Origin: Marine Group I thaumarchaeote
GTDB lineage: Archaea; Thermoproteota; Nitrososphaeria; Nitrososphaerales; Nitrosopumilaceae
Length of the DNA stretch: 64,000 bases
Direction: 5' to 3'
Assembly (NCBI GenBank): GCA_044358425.1
Contig: CP054849.1
Span: 1,097,302 to 1,161,301, forward strand
How positions within the stretch are numbered: the first letter of the stretch is position 1; every line of letters starts with the position of its first letter. The translations under genes and the position numbers were made by a program. The notes under the pieces were generated by a model. That model made no database searches. It was not told the DNA's origin and saw only the letters and a program-made list of their open reading frames with translations. Positions 29,761 to 39,715 of this stretch are shown here, in pieces.

Positions 29761-29861
29761 CTCTGAGTTTTATATAATAAGATATGCTTCGTTTTTTCGA
29801 TCGGGTTATTGGAAATGAAGAATTTGAAAAGTAATTAATAGGATATAGTAAATTTCCGATC

Positions 29862-30326
29862 ATGGTATTGAATGTAGGCGATCTGGCTCCAAATTTTGAA
29901 CTCCCTGATACAGAATTAAAAATGAGGACTTTAGACGAATTTAAGGGTAAAAAGATCGTATTATCATTCATAGTAGCAGCAAGTTCACCAGTATGTGAGG
30001 TTGAATTATGCACATTCAGAGATTCATGGAAAGAAATTTCAGATATGGGTGCACAAATAATTTCAATTAGTAATGATGGACCCTTTGCAAATAAAGCATT
30101 TGCAGAGAAACATAATTTCAATTTTCCATTATTAGGAGATTATACAAGTAAAACAATCAAAGATTATGATATCTTACTAAAAGATCTATTACACATCAAG
30201 GACTACAATGCAGCTAAACGTTCAGTATTCATAATTATGGAAGATGGAAAAATTGGATACAAATGGGTATCAGAAGATCCATTAAAAGAACCAAATTATG
30301 AAGAAATTAAAAACTTTTTAAAATAA
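29862..30326 (+). CDS. Peroxiredoxin (AhpC/TSA family)
   Basis: GDLAPNFEL, SPVCEVELC, ISND, FPLLGD, KRSVFII. Confidence 0.9.
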   Translation: MVLNVGDLAPNFELPDTELKMRTLDEFKGKKIVLSFIVAASSPVCEVELCTFRDSWKEISDMGAQIISISNDGPFANKAFAEKHNFNFPLLGDYTSKTIKDYDILLKDLLHIKDYNAAKRSVFIIMEDGKIGYKWVSEDPLKEPNYEEIKNFLK

Positions 30327-30336
30327 AATAATTTTT

Positions 30337-30852
30337 TTATTCTATATCTGAAATTATATCGCCTTTTGCAACAGATGCACCTTCTTTAGCTTTAATATTT
30401 CGGATAACTCCATCTTTATGTGCTTTAACTGCAACTTGCATTTTCATAGATTCCAAAGTACAAATAACATCACCTTTCTTTACTGTATCACCATGTTCAA
30501 CTGAAATTGAAACCACTTTACCAGGAATTTGACTTTTTAATGCTATTTGTGCTCCGCCAGAACTACTTCCACCAGAATTTTTGTAAACGACTTTATCATA
30601 ATGAGTATGTAAATTGATAATCATTGGCACATTATCTATAACAATATTCATTTCATTTGTGGATTGTTCAAGATATTTTGCCTTATGGTATTGTTGGTTT
30701 AAGATAAATTCTATTCCACGTGAATTCATACTAATTATTTTTAATTTATGTTCGTTATCATTAATCTTGATTATGTAATCATTATCACCAAGATTTTCTA
30801 GAATTTTTCCATCAAATGATTTTTCAATTTCTTGGATTTTAAAATTAGTCAT
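30337..30852 (-). CDS. accB: Biotin carboxyl carrier protein of acetyl-/propionyl-CoA carboxylase
   Basis: ESMKM biotinylation motif; operon position. Confidence 0.93.
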   Translation of the reverse strand: MTNFKIQEIEKSFDGKILENLGDNDYIIKINDNEHKLKIISMNSRGIEFILNQQYHKAKYLEQSTNEMNIVIDNVPMIINLHTHYDKVVYKNSGGSSSGGAQIALKSQIPGKVVSISVEHGDTVKKGDVICTLESMKMQVAVKAHKDGVIRNIKAKEGASVAKGDIISDIE

Positions 30853-30857
30853 ATCTA

Positions 30858-32351
30858 TCAGTCCAGTTTATTTTTCCAGTTTGCGCTATTGTTAGAAGTA
30901 TTTTGTACTTGACTCTTAAAATATTCAGAATGAATTATTGCAGCAGCTAATGCGGCATCAGTTTTATTTTCTTTTTCTTTTTTGAGATCTTCGGTTAATT
31001 TATCAATCATGCCATAACGCTTCAAAAAGTCAGTAGATAATTCTCCATTTTTGTATTCTTCAGAATTAAGAATTGTTTTGTAAAGAGGGATTGAGGTTTC
31101 AACACCTTGAACATACATATCATTTAGTGCAGTAAGCATTCTAGTTCTAGATTCTTCAAATGTTGGTCCCCATGTACAGAGTTTTGCCATCAAGGAATCA
31201 TAAAATGGAGAAACAGTGCATCCAGGATAAAGATAGGTATCACATCGAACATTAGGTCCAGAAGGAATTGTAACATCTGGAACTGGTCCTGTTGAAGGTG
31301 CAAAGTCCAAAAATGTATCTTCAGCATTAATTCTACATTCAATTGCATAACCATTCATCTTTAGATCTTTTTGTTTGAATGGTAGTGGCTCTCCATTTGC
31401 AATATCAATTTGTAGTTTGACAAAGTCTAATCCTGAAACCATTTCACTAATTGGGTGTTCTACTTGGAGTCTTGCATTAATCTCAATAAAATAAAATTCA
31501 CCATTATCAGCTCTTAAGAATTCGGCAGTACCAAGATTTGTGTAATCAACTGCCTCTGCTGCTCTAACAACTATTTCACCAATTTCTTCTCTTTTTGCAG
31601 CATCTACCACAGGAGAAGGAGTTTGTTCAATTAGTTTTTGATTTCTTCTCTGAATAGAACATTCTCTCTCAAAGAGATGTACTGCATTTCCATGTTGATC
31701 TCTGCACATTTGATATTCAATGTGTCTTGTTTTTTCTAAAAATTTCTCAACAATAATTGCAGATTTTCCAACGGCAGCAATAGATTCTGAGGTTACTGTT
31801 TCAAAACCTTCGTGTAATTCTTTGTCATTTGTTACAATTCTAATTCCACGACCTCCACCACCATAAACTGATTTTAACATAACAGGATATCCTATCTCAT
31901 TTGCAACTTTTGCTGCATCTTCTGCATCCTTTACTAAACCAGGACTTCCAGGAACCGTTGGAACATTAGCTTTTAACATTGCAGCTTTACATTCCATCTT
32001 ATCACCACAAAGATTCATTGAATCTGCAGATGGGCCAATAAATGTAATTTTATTTTTCTCACACAATCTAGCAAAATCATCATTTTCAGAAAGGAATCCA
32101 TAACCAGGATGTACAGCATCTGCACCAGATGATAACATTACATCTAGAATTTTTTCTTGATTTAGATATGATTTAGCAGGTGCTGCTTCACCAATATGAT
32201 AGGCTTCAGATGCTTGTTTAACATGTAATGAATTTGTGTCTTCATCAGAATATACAGCAACTGTTTTGATTCCAAGTGCTTTACAAGTTCTAATTACACG
32301 TAAAGCGATTTCTCCTCTGTTAGCGATAAGTACTTTCTCAATCATCTTCAA
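30858..32351 (-). CDS. accC: Biotin carboxylase subunit
   Basis: ANRGEIA, HPGYGFLSE, GGGGRG, RECSIQRRNQK, RLQVEHP. Confidence 0.97.
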   Translation of the reverse strand: MKMIEKVLIANRGEIALRVIRTCKALGIKTVAVYSDEDTNSLHVKQASEAYHIGEAAPAKSYLNQEKILDVMLSSGADAVHPGYGFLSENDDFARLCEKNKITFIGPSADSMNLCGDKMECKAAMLKANVPTVPGSPGLVKDAEDAAKVANEIGYPVMLKSVYGGGGRGIRIVTNDKELHEGFETVTSESIAAVGKSAIIVEKFLEKTRHIEYQMCRDQHGNAVHLFERECSIQRRNQKLIEQTPSPVVDAAKREEIGEIVVRAAEAVDYTNLGTAEFLRADNGEFYFIEINARLQVEHPISEMVSGLDFVKLQIDIANGEPLPFKQKDLKMNGYAIECRINAEDTFLDFAPSTGPVPDVTIPSGPNVRCDTYLYPGCTVSPFYDSLMAKLCTWGPTFEESRTRMLTALNDMYVQGVETSIPLYKTILNSEEYKNGELSTDFLKRYGMIDKLTEDLKKEKENKTDAALAAAIIHSEYFKSQVQNTSNNSANWKNKLD

Positions 32352-33926
32352 TCACAAATTGATATTTCCATGTTTTCTAGGTAATTGTTTTTCTCTTTTA
32401 TTTGCAAGCATTTCTAATGCTTTAATCAACATAGGTCTGGTTTCAGCAGGATTAATTACATTATCAACTGTTCCATGAGATGCAGCAACGTAAGGATTTT
32501 CGAATTTTTCTGCAAATTCATCTACTAATTGTTTTTTAAGAGATTCAGGATCATCTGAAGCAGCAAGATCTTTTCTATTCATAATCTTTACAGCTGCTTC
32601 ACCACCTAAAACGGCACATTTGGCTGTAGGCCAGGCATAATTAATATCAGTTCTGAGGTTTTTACTACCCATTGCAATGTATGCACCACCATATGCTTTA
32701 CCAATAACTAAAGTAATTCTTGGAACAGTTGCTTCACAATATGCATAAAGCAATTTACTTCCATGTCTAATGATTCCATTATGTTCTTGATTTGAACCTG
32801 GCATGTAACCTGGTGTATCAACTAAAGTAATTATTGGAATGTTAAATGAATCACAAAATCGAATAAATCGTGAAGCTTTATTTGATGAATCAATATCTAA
32901 TGCACCTGCAAGATGCATTGGTTGATTAGCTACAATTCCAACAACATTACCATTTAGTCTACCATATCCAACTACAATATTTGGTGCAAATAATTCATGA
33001 ACTTCAAAGAATTCATGATCATCAACAATTGAATTAATAATTTCTTTCATGTCATAGGGTTGTAAAGGATTTTCTGGCATGATATTGATTAAATTGTTAT
33101 CCAATCTATTTGGGTCATCGTCAGTGGAAACTTTTGGTGGTTGTTCAGTATTATTTTGAGGTAAAAATGAAATTAGTTTTTTGATGTAATCCATACATTC
33201 GTATTCATTTTCAGCAACAAAGTGTGCAACACCACTTTTTGTTCCGTGGGTATTAGCACCACCAAGTTCTTCAAAAGAAATTTCTTCACCTAACACAGTT
33301 TTAACAACATCTGGTCCAGTTACAAACATGCTTCCAATTTTTTCTACCATAATAACAAAATCAGTCATTGCAGGAGAATAAACAGAACCACCTGCAGATG
33401 GACCAACACTTGCAGTAATCTGTGGAATAACTCCAGAAGCTAATTGATTGTGATAAAATATATCTGCAAATCCATCTAAACTCATAATTCCTTCTTGTAT
33501 TCTAGCACCACCTGAATCCATAATTCCAATAATTGGACATCCAGTTCTAACTGCATGATCCATTAATTTAGTAATTTTTTTAGCTCCCATCTGACTTAAT
33601 GTACCACCTAAAACAGTGAAATCATATGCAAAAACAAAGATTTGACGACCAGAAACATTTCCATATCCGCCTATGACACCATCAGTAAAAAATTTCTTTT
33701 TTTGCATATCATACTCATAATAATGATGAGTAGTCATTGGATCGACTTCAACAAAAGTTCCTTCATCAAGAAGTAAATCTATTCTTTCACGAGCAGTTAG
33801 TTTGCCTTTTTCGTGCTGAGATAAAATACGTTCTTCTCCACCACCTTGTAATGCAGTGTTTTTGTTTTTTGTGAATTCATCGATCTTCTCAGAATGCATT
33901 ATTTGATTAGAATCAAAAGTTTTCAT
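32352..33926 (-). CDS. pccB: Carboxyltransferase subunit of acetyl-/propionyl-CoA carboxylase (3HP/4HB cycle); start probably 33899
   Basis: GKLTARERI, DSGGARIQEG, KAYGGAY, KHGNINL. Confidence 0.95.
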   Translation of the reverse strand: MKTFDSNQIMHSEKIDEFTKNKNTALQGGGEERILSQHEKGKLTARERIDLLLDEGTFVEVDPMTTHHYYEYDMQKKKFFTDGVIGGYGNVSGRQIFVFAYDFTVLGGTLSQMGAKKITKLMDHAVRTGCPIIGIMDSGGARIQEGIMSLDGFADIFYHNQLASGVIPQITASVGPSAGGSVYSPAMTDFVIMVEKIGSMFVTGPDVVKTVLGEEISFEELGGANTHGTKSGVAHFVAENEYECMDYIKKLISFLPQNNTEQPPKVSTDDDPNRLDNNLINIMPENPLQPYDMKEIINSIVDDHEFFEVHELFAPNIVVGYGRLNGNVVGIVANQPMHLAGALDIDSSNKASRFIRFCDSFNIPIITLVDTPGYMPGSNQEHNGIIRHGSKLLYAYCEATVPRITLVIGKAYGGAYIAMGSKNLRTDINYAWPTAKCAVLGGEAAVKIMNRKDLAASDDPESLKKQLVDEFAEKFENPYVAASHGTVDNVINPAETRPMLIKALEMLANKREKQLPRKHGNINL

Positions 33927-33987
33927 ATATTAATCTAATTTGAATTCATGAAAATTCATCAAAAATATAGATCTAAGGTAAAAACTT

Positions 33988-34299
33988 TCAAGAATTGATA
34001 ATTGAGAATTTTTTGTGAGATGATTTTTGATATGAATTAAAAGCGTCTTTTTCATCACTACATTTCTTACATATACATAATTGAGAAACATTTGGAATAT
34101 CACAAATATCTTGAAATTCACATTGAGAGCAGCCAGCAGGGGAACCACATACAATACATTGTAATTCATTAGTTTCAGCACATTTTTCATGCTTCACACC
34201 TACACCTTTTGACCACAATCCAATTTCATTAATTTCAATTTTGTCATTGCAAACAATACAAGTACCAGGAAATTTCATAGGAATTTTGATCCAGCTCAT
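33988..34299 (-). CDS. Cys-rich putative zinc-binding protein
   Basis: CIVC...HEKC, CIVC..CSQC..C..CICKKC. Confidence 0.75.
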   Translation of the reverse strand: MSWIKIPMKFPGTCIVCNDKIEINEIGLWSKGVGVKHEKCAETNELQCIVCGSPAGCSQCEFQDICDIPNVSQLCICKKCSDEKDAFNSYQKSSHKKFSIINS

Positions 34300-35465
34300 T
34301 GTAACATTTCAATCTCCTTATCAATAATATCGCCAAAGGTTTCTTCTAATTCTAATTCCAATTTTTTATTTTTTATACAAAATAGAACATATGGTAAACA
34401 TATTGTAACGAATGCACTAGAAGATAGATGTAATTTTTTAGACATTATTGAAGACAATGATTTAATTTTTGCACCATCCCAGCGAATTCTATTAAGAACA
34501 GGCCAAGATAAATTATATTTTGAATATCTAATTCTATCATCTTTTTGATACAAACTAATTAAAATATCATTAAGATAACGTAGTAATCTCCAATTTTGAG
34601 TTTTCATTATTTTTCCAAACAACATGTCAGCGTTAGAAATAATTTCTAAATATTTTGCGAGAGAGTCACTATCCAAATCGCTAGTAATTATACTTGAATA
34701 AAATGCATTAATTTTTTCTCTAGGATCAATTTGTATTGAATATAAAACACCACGAGCTTCTTCAATAGAATTTGCTTTAAAAAATGCATTAATTCCATCT
34801 TCAATGTTAATATTTTCAAAAGAGGATGCAGTTTGTGGATTAAATCCAGTTATCAAGGATTGAGTGAGATTAATCATAGAACGAATATCACCTCTAGATT
34901 TATCAATTACTTTGATTAAAGAACCAGGACTAAGTTTTTCATTTTCTTTTTTTAAAATATTATCTAAATATACCCGCAATAATCTTGGTGGAATTTTTTT
35001 AAATGATATTGTTGTTACTGCTTTTTTTATACTCTTCATTTTATCTGAATCATCATAATTAGCAGCAAGTAAAATTGGAACATTTGGTTTCTTCAAAATA
35101 TCAACTAGAGCAGAAGCACCACCATAATCTCCACGACCGTGAATTCCATCAACCTCATCAACAAAAATCATAGGAGTTCCCAAAACACTGACATTACCTA
35201 AAACAGGAGTGAGAATTTCATTAATTCTAGATTTGCTACGTACATCACTAGCATTAAGTCCGATCATATCGTAACCAAATTGTTTAGCTAAAAGATATGC
35301 GATAGTAGTCTTTCCAATTCCAGGAGGTCCAATGATTAAAAGAGGTTTTGTACCCTTTTTCCATTTTGCAAACCATTTGATTATTGCTTCACGGGGTTCT
35401 TCATTACCCACCATATCAGAAATATTCTGAGGTCGATATTTTTCAGACCACATCAATTTTATCAC
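34296..35465 (-). CDS. rfcL: Replication factor C large subunit
   Basis: WSEKYRP, GPPGIGKTT, LNASDVR, VDEVDG, GDIRS. Confidence 0.9.
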   Translation of the reverse strand: MIKLMWSEKYRPQNISDMVGNEEPREAIIKWFAKWKKGTKPLLIIGPPGIGKTTIAYLLAKQFGYDMIGLNASDVRSKSRINEILTPVLGNVSVLGTPMIFVDEVDGIHGRGDYGGASALVDILKKPNVPILLAANYDDSDKMKSIKKAVTTISFKKIPPRLLRVYLDNILKKENEKLSPGSLIKVIDKSRGDIRSMINLTQSLITGFNPQTASSFENINIEDGINAFFKANSIEEARGVLYSIQIDPREKINAFYSSIITSDLDSDSLAKYLEIISNADMLFGKIMKTQNWRLLRYLNDILISLYQKDDRIRYSKYNLSWPVLNRIRWDGAKIKSLSSIMSKKLHLSSSAFVTICLPYVLFCIKNKKLELELEETFGDIIDKEIEMLQ

Positions 35466-36589
35466 TTGGTTGGAAGATTTTTGTTCAAATCTGACCAGAT
35501 GTTTTCTTCTTGTAATTTCTTATACCAGAATTGATTATAATGTTCTACAGTAAGAAATAGAAATTCTAAGAATTTAGTGTGTGAAAAATTATTAGGCAAT
35601 TTTTCTAAAGCATCTCTTGCTTCTCTCAAATAAGATTCACTATGATTCATTGTTTCTTCAAATCCACTCTTTGCGTCATTCATTTTTAATGAATAAAATA
35701 ATGGCCAAGAAGGAATTTTTGCAGCCCTATCTCTAATACTATCTTCAATTTCATTTCCACATCCTACAGATTCAGCAGCTTTTGCCATTCCAGTGTAGAA
35801 AATATCAGCTAAAGGTGCACGATTCAAAGCCATGTTTCTACCGGCAGTTCCCATAACAGAACGATATTTTTTGTAGCTTTCAATTAATTCTTCTTCAGTA
35901 ATTTCTGTAGGTTTATCTTTTAATTTTGTATCAAGATACTGTCCAATTCTTGCTTGTTTGAAACCTTCTTCAAATTCTTTTAGTACATCTTCACCGCCTT
36001 TTGAAATTTTTTCTCTTGCAAGTTTCAAAATGTAAGGATTCATCAATTTGTAATCATCTAAATATTCCAAGTCTTCATCTTTGTCTACAATTCTATCCAT
36101 TGGTTCACTAAGATCAATTGCAATAATATGACCATCAACAATATCTTCTCTCATTGTAGTACTTTCATCATCTTTGAAATAATCTGTTGATGCATCAAAA
36201 AGACCATTAAAAACAGGAAAGGTCATTTTAACAAAATTTGAATTTAAAATTCTTAGTACCCTATCATGCAATGTATCAAAATCTTGCAATTTAGATTTTA
36301 TAGGCTCAATTTCAGATGCATTCAAAATAATTTCAGTCGAACCCACTTCTTCAGCAAATTGTTGTTGGGTCGTATTAGGAGATTCATCAGCATTTATTTG
36401 ATCAAATAGATTCTTTGCAAATCTTTGAGCAAATGCAGGAAACGTATCTTCAGCTTCTTGCTTATATTGATTGAATAATTTGAATCCCTTTGATTTGAAT
36501 AGGCCTTGTTTAATGATTTGTTTTCCAGGTTTCGTACCCATTAAAGCACCTTTGCTAAAAATAGATTCGTCTTTTCCACTCACACACAC
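35462..36589 (-). CDS. Hypothetical protein; putative divergent isoprenoid-synthase (trans-prenyltransferase) fold
   Basis: ORF is solid; MDRIVDKD, GQYLD, GNEIEDSIRD and YLREARDALEKLP occur in prenyltransferase order (see findings). Confidence refers to the fold call. Confidence 0.6.
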   Translation of the reverse strand: MCVSGKDESIFSKGALMGTKPGKQIIKQGLFKSKGFKLFNQYKQEAEDTFPAFAQRFAKNLFDQINADESPNTTQQQFAEEVGSTEIILNASEIEPIKSKLQDFDTLHDRVLRILNSNFVKMTFPVFNGLFDASTDYFKDDESTTMREDIVDGHIIAIDLSEPMDRIVDKDEDLEYLDDYKLMNPYILKLAREKISKGGEDVLKEFEEGFKQARIGQYLDTKLKDKPTEITEEELIESYKKYRSVMGTAGRNMALNRAPLADIFYTGMAKAAESVGCGNEIEDSIRDRAAKIPSWPLFYSLKMNDAKSGFEETMNHSESYLREARDALEKLPNNFSHTKFLEFLFLTVEHYNQFWYKKLQEENIWSDLNKNLPTK

Positions 36590-36663
36590 AATTCAATCTG
36601 TTGTTATTTATGCTTTCAAAAAAAAATTTCTTCACTTAAATTACGAAAGAAGAATAATCGTTT

Positions 36664-37461
36664 ATGGAAGTTATAGAAATTCTTCGTGAAGCATCAAATC
36701 GAATTTATAGAAATGTAAAAGATCTTGCAGGGACAGAAGAGGCTGCAGGAGATTTTGGCAGAGGTGCAGGTGGAGATATTTCACGAAATATTGACATTAC
36801 TGCTGAACAAACTGTTTTAGATTATCTAAAAGAAATAAAGTTTGAATGTATTGTTTTAGGTGAAGAATGTGGCAGGGTAGAATTATCAGATAATCCAAAA
36901 GGGTATATCATAATGGATGCAATAGATGGTTCAGCAAATGCTGTACGTGGTGTACCATTTTTTTGTAGTTCATTAGCATTTGCAACAGAAAATAAACTTA
37001 GTTCTATTACAGATGGAGTAATTACAGATTTAACAAATGGAGATATGTATTGGGCTTCAAAAGGAAAAGGTTCATTTTTGAATGAAAAACAAATCAAAGT
37101 ACAACAAAAAGAACCAATTTACAAAATTGTTGGAATTAACACATCGGGTGGCTCTAATGAATTAATGCAACGTATGTATCCAATATTTCAAAATCATAAT
37201 CATACCAGACATTTTGGAGCCAACGCATTAGAGATGGCATTATTTGCAAGAGGTTTGATGGATGTTTTTATTGACTTTAGAGATAAAATTAGAATTCAAG
37301 ATATTGCTGCAGGATGCATTATTGTAAAAGAATCTGGAGGTTTACTTTTAGATGCAGATTTGAATCCACTTGATGCAGATCTAAGTTATGAGACAAGAGT
37401 CTCATTTATTGCTGCAGCAAATCAAAAAATTCTTGATGAAATAATGTCACAAATTAATTAG
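36664..37461 (+). CDS. suhB: Inositol monophosphatase / FBPase class IV
   Basis: LGEE, DAIDGSAN, DIAAG. Confidence 0.9.
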   Translation: MEVIEILREASNRIYRNVKDLAGTEEAAGDFGRGAGGDISRNIDITAEQTVLDYLKEIKFECIVLGEECGRVELSDNPKGYIIMDAIDGSANAVRGVPFFCSSLAFATENKLSSITDGVITDLTNGDMYWASKGKGSFLNEKQIKVQQKEPIYKIVGINTSGGSNELMQRMYPIFQNHNHTRHFGANALEMALFARGLMDVFIDFRDKIRIQDIAAGCIIVKESGGLLLDADLNPLDADLSYETRVSFIAAANQKILDEIMSQIN

Positions 37462-37539
37462 AATTTTAGTAATAATCTGATCTCTAGAATTACTTTGTAA
37501 GAGAAATATATTTATCCAAAGTAGCAGGATGCTTCGTTA

Positions 37540-38382
37540 ATGGTTACTGAAATGAAGGCAAAAGTTGTCTATAGAGAATTACTAAAAGAAGATCTAGTAA
37601 TCATAAGATTGGTCCCAGAAAACGGGATGCCAGAGTACAAAACTGGGCAATTTTTAACAATTGGTCTTCCAATACCAGCAGAAAAAAAAGTGGTTAGAAG
37701 AGCATATTCTATTGCATCACATGCTGAGAATAGAGACTATTTTGAATTTGTTATTAGATGGGTTAGAAAACCACTTCCAGGAAGAGTTACCACAGAATTA
37801 TTTTATCTCAGTGTTGGTGACGAAGTTTTGTTAGGTGATCCTACAGGAGCTGCATTACTGATTAGTGATAAATTACATAATGGTGAAAAAGATAACAGAA
37901 GAGTAATTTGTGTAGGTGGAGGAACAGGTTTAGCTCCATTCATCGCATTTGCAAAACATTTCCAAGATACAAACGACAAAAGGGAAATTATTGTTTTGCA
38001 TGGTGCAAGTTATGTTGATGAGTTAAGTTACAAACGTCTGTTAACAGATATGGAATTAGAAAGTGAAAAAAATGGTAGAGATAAATGGAATTTTAGATAT
38101 AGAGCAGCAATTAGTAGGCCAAAGGAATTTTTCAATAGATCTTGGAATGGTCATGTTGGTAGAGTAGAATCATTTTTCAAACCAGATAAAAAAACAGGAT
38201 TGTCACCAGTAGAAGAAATGGTAGGTGAAGAATTAACTCCTGAAAATTCAATTATCTATATTTGTGGATATCAAGGTACCATAGATGGTGTAATTGATCA
38301 TTTAGGTCCAAAAGGATTTGTAACAGAACATGAAAAAAAATCTGATGGTAGTTTTGGTATCAAATACGAATCATATGGATAA
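37540..38382 (+). CDS. fpr: Ferredoxin-NADP+ reductase (FNR/Fpr type), paralog 1
   Basis: GQF, RRAYSIAS, GGGTGLAPF, YICG, C-terminal ESYG. Confidence 0.88.
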   Translation: MVTEMKAKVVYRELLKEDLVIIRLVPENGMPEYKTGQFLTIGLPIPAEKKVVRRAYSIASHAENRDYFEFVIRWVRKPLPGRVTTELFYLSVGDEVLLGDPTGAALLISDKLHNGEKDNRRVICVGGGTGLAPFIAFAKHFQDTNDKREIIVLHGASYVDELSYKRLLTDMELESEKNGRDKWNFRYRAAISRPKEFFNRSWNGHVGRVESFFKPDKKTGLSPVEEMVGEELTPENSIIYICGYQGTIDGVIDHLGPKGFVTEHEKKSDGSFGIKYESYG

Positions 38383-38452
38383 AAAAAATTCTAGTATTAT
38401 TGTTAAATCTAAAATATCATAATTTTTATACTATAATTAATTTCAACAAAAT

Positions 38453-38617
38453 ATGCCTAAGATAATGTGTCGTGACTATGGTTTTGAATGTGATTTTGTG
38501 GCTGATGGAGAAAATGAAAAAGTGATTGAAGATTTTAGAAATCATGCTGAAAATGAACATGGAATAGATTATACAGTTGAGGCAGTAAAACAAATTCTAA
38601 TTAGAAAACAAAAATAA
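38453..38617 (+). CDS. DUF1059-like small metal-binding protein, 54 aa (not in ORF track)
   Basis: MPKIMCRDYGFECDF...FRNHAENEHGI; C-x6-C...H-x4-H pattern of DUF1059. Confidence 0.85.
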   Translation: MPKIMCRDYGFECDFVADGENEKVIEDFRNHAENEHGIDYTVEAVKQILIRKQK

Positions 38618-38623
38618 AAATTT

Positions 38624-39700
38624 CTAAGCATCTAGTTTTTTCATTCTTGCAGACAATACAGGTAATTCTTTGGCAATAATTTTTTCGACGGCTGGAATAA
38701 TTGAAGTTCTGTGCTTAACACTTTCATCATAAATTTCAGCTATTTGGTCTCTAAAAAGCAATTTAATTCCTGGAAGAGCAGTAATGCCTTCATCAACAGT
38801 TCTAGGATCTGATAAATCTAAAATCAATGTACCCTTTTTCTTTTCTTTCATTAGAAGTTGAATTCTTTCAAATGTAATCAAGAAATAATCGGATGTTGTT
38901 GCTACAAAAATAATATCATATTTATCAAATGTGGTTAATACATCATTGAAGTCAATTGGGTTTCCGCCTACAACATTGCTAAATCCTGTAGCACGTTCAA
39001 TTGTTCTACTACTAACATCATAAGAAATTTCTTTTTTGTTTAGTGTTTTTGCAACTAAAGCAGCGGAATTTCCCGTTCCTATTAACAAAACTTTTTTCTT
39101 TGCATCTAATCCAGCTTTCTCTTCAACTAACTTTACTGCAACATCTCCTAGAGATACAATATCTTTTGCAATTCCAGTAGAATCCCTCATTCTAGAAGAT
39201 AATCGAATTACACTTTCAAATAATTTATTGAGAATAGTACCAGACGTTCCTGCAGATTTAGCATGAGATAAAGATTGAACTATTTCATCAAATACTTCTT
39301 GTTTTCCAACAACAAATGAATCAATACCAGAGCCTAAGCGTAAGAGATTAAGGTAAACATCATCACTTTTGTAAACTTCAATTGTTTGATCAAAGTGATC
39401 AATGTCAATTTGTTCTAATTCTGTTAAATTTATCCATGTTTCTTTAACTTGATTCAAAATCAGAGTTTTACCTTCAGCTCTTCTTGCATCAGGAGAATCT
39501 ACAGTTTCAGTATTACTTACTGTAAAAATTTCAATTCTGCTAGCAGTTTGAATAATAATACATTCATCAACACCAGGAATTTTTTTAAATTCATCTGCTG
39601 CTGCTCCAACATCTTTGAACGCAAATTTAGATAACTCATGTAATGGAACATTTTTGAAAGTTACTCTCGTATTCATTACATCAAAAATTACGTGATCCAT
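38624..39700 (-). CDS. Glutamyl-tRNA reductase (HemA)-like protein lacking the catalytic Cys
   Basis: Collinear with HemA (ECIIIQTASRIE, GIDSFVVGKQE, VSLG, LIGTG, ILDLSDPRTVD) but TCNR reads TASR. Confidence 0.85.
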   Translation of the reverse strand: MDHVIFDVMNTRVTFKNVPLHELSKFAFKDVGAAADEFKKIPGVDECIIIQTASRIEIFTVSNTETVDSPDARRAEGKTLILNQVKETWINLTELEQIDIDHFDQTIEVYKSDDVYLNLLRLGSGIDSFVVGKQEVFDEIVQSLSHAKSAGTSGTILNKLFESVIRLSSRMRDSTGIAKDIVSLGDVAVKLVEEKAGLDAKKKVLLIGTGNSAALVAKTLNKKEISYDVSSRTIERATGFSNVVGGNPIDFNDVLTTFDKYDIIFVATTSDYFLITFERIQLLMKEKKKGTLILDLSDPRTVDEGITALPGIKLLFRDQIAEIYDESVKHRTSIIPAVEKIIAKELPVLSARMKKLDA

Positions 39701-39715
39701 CTTCTCATCTCATTC

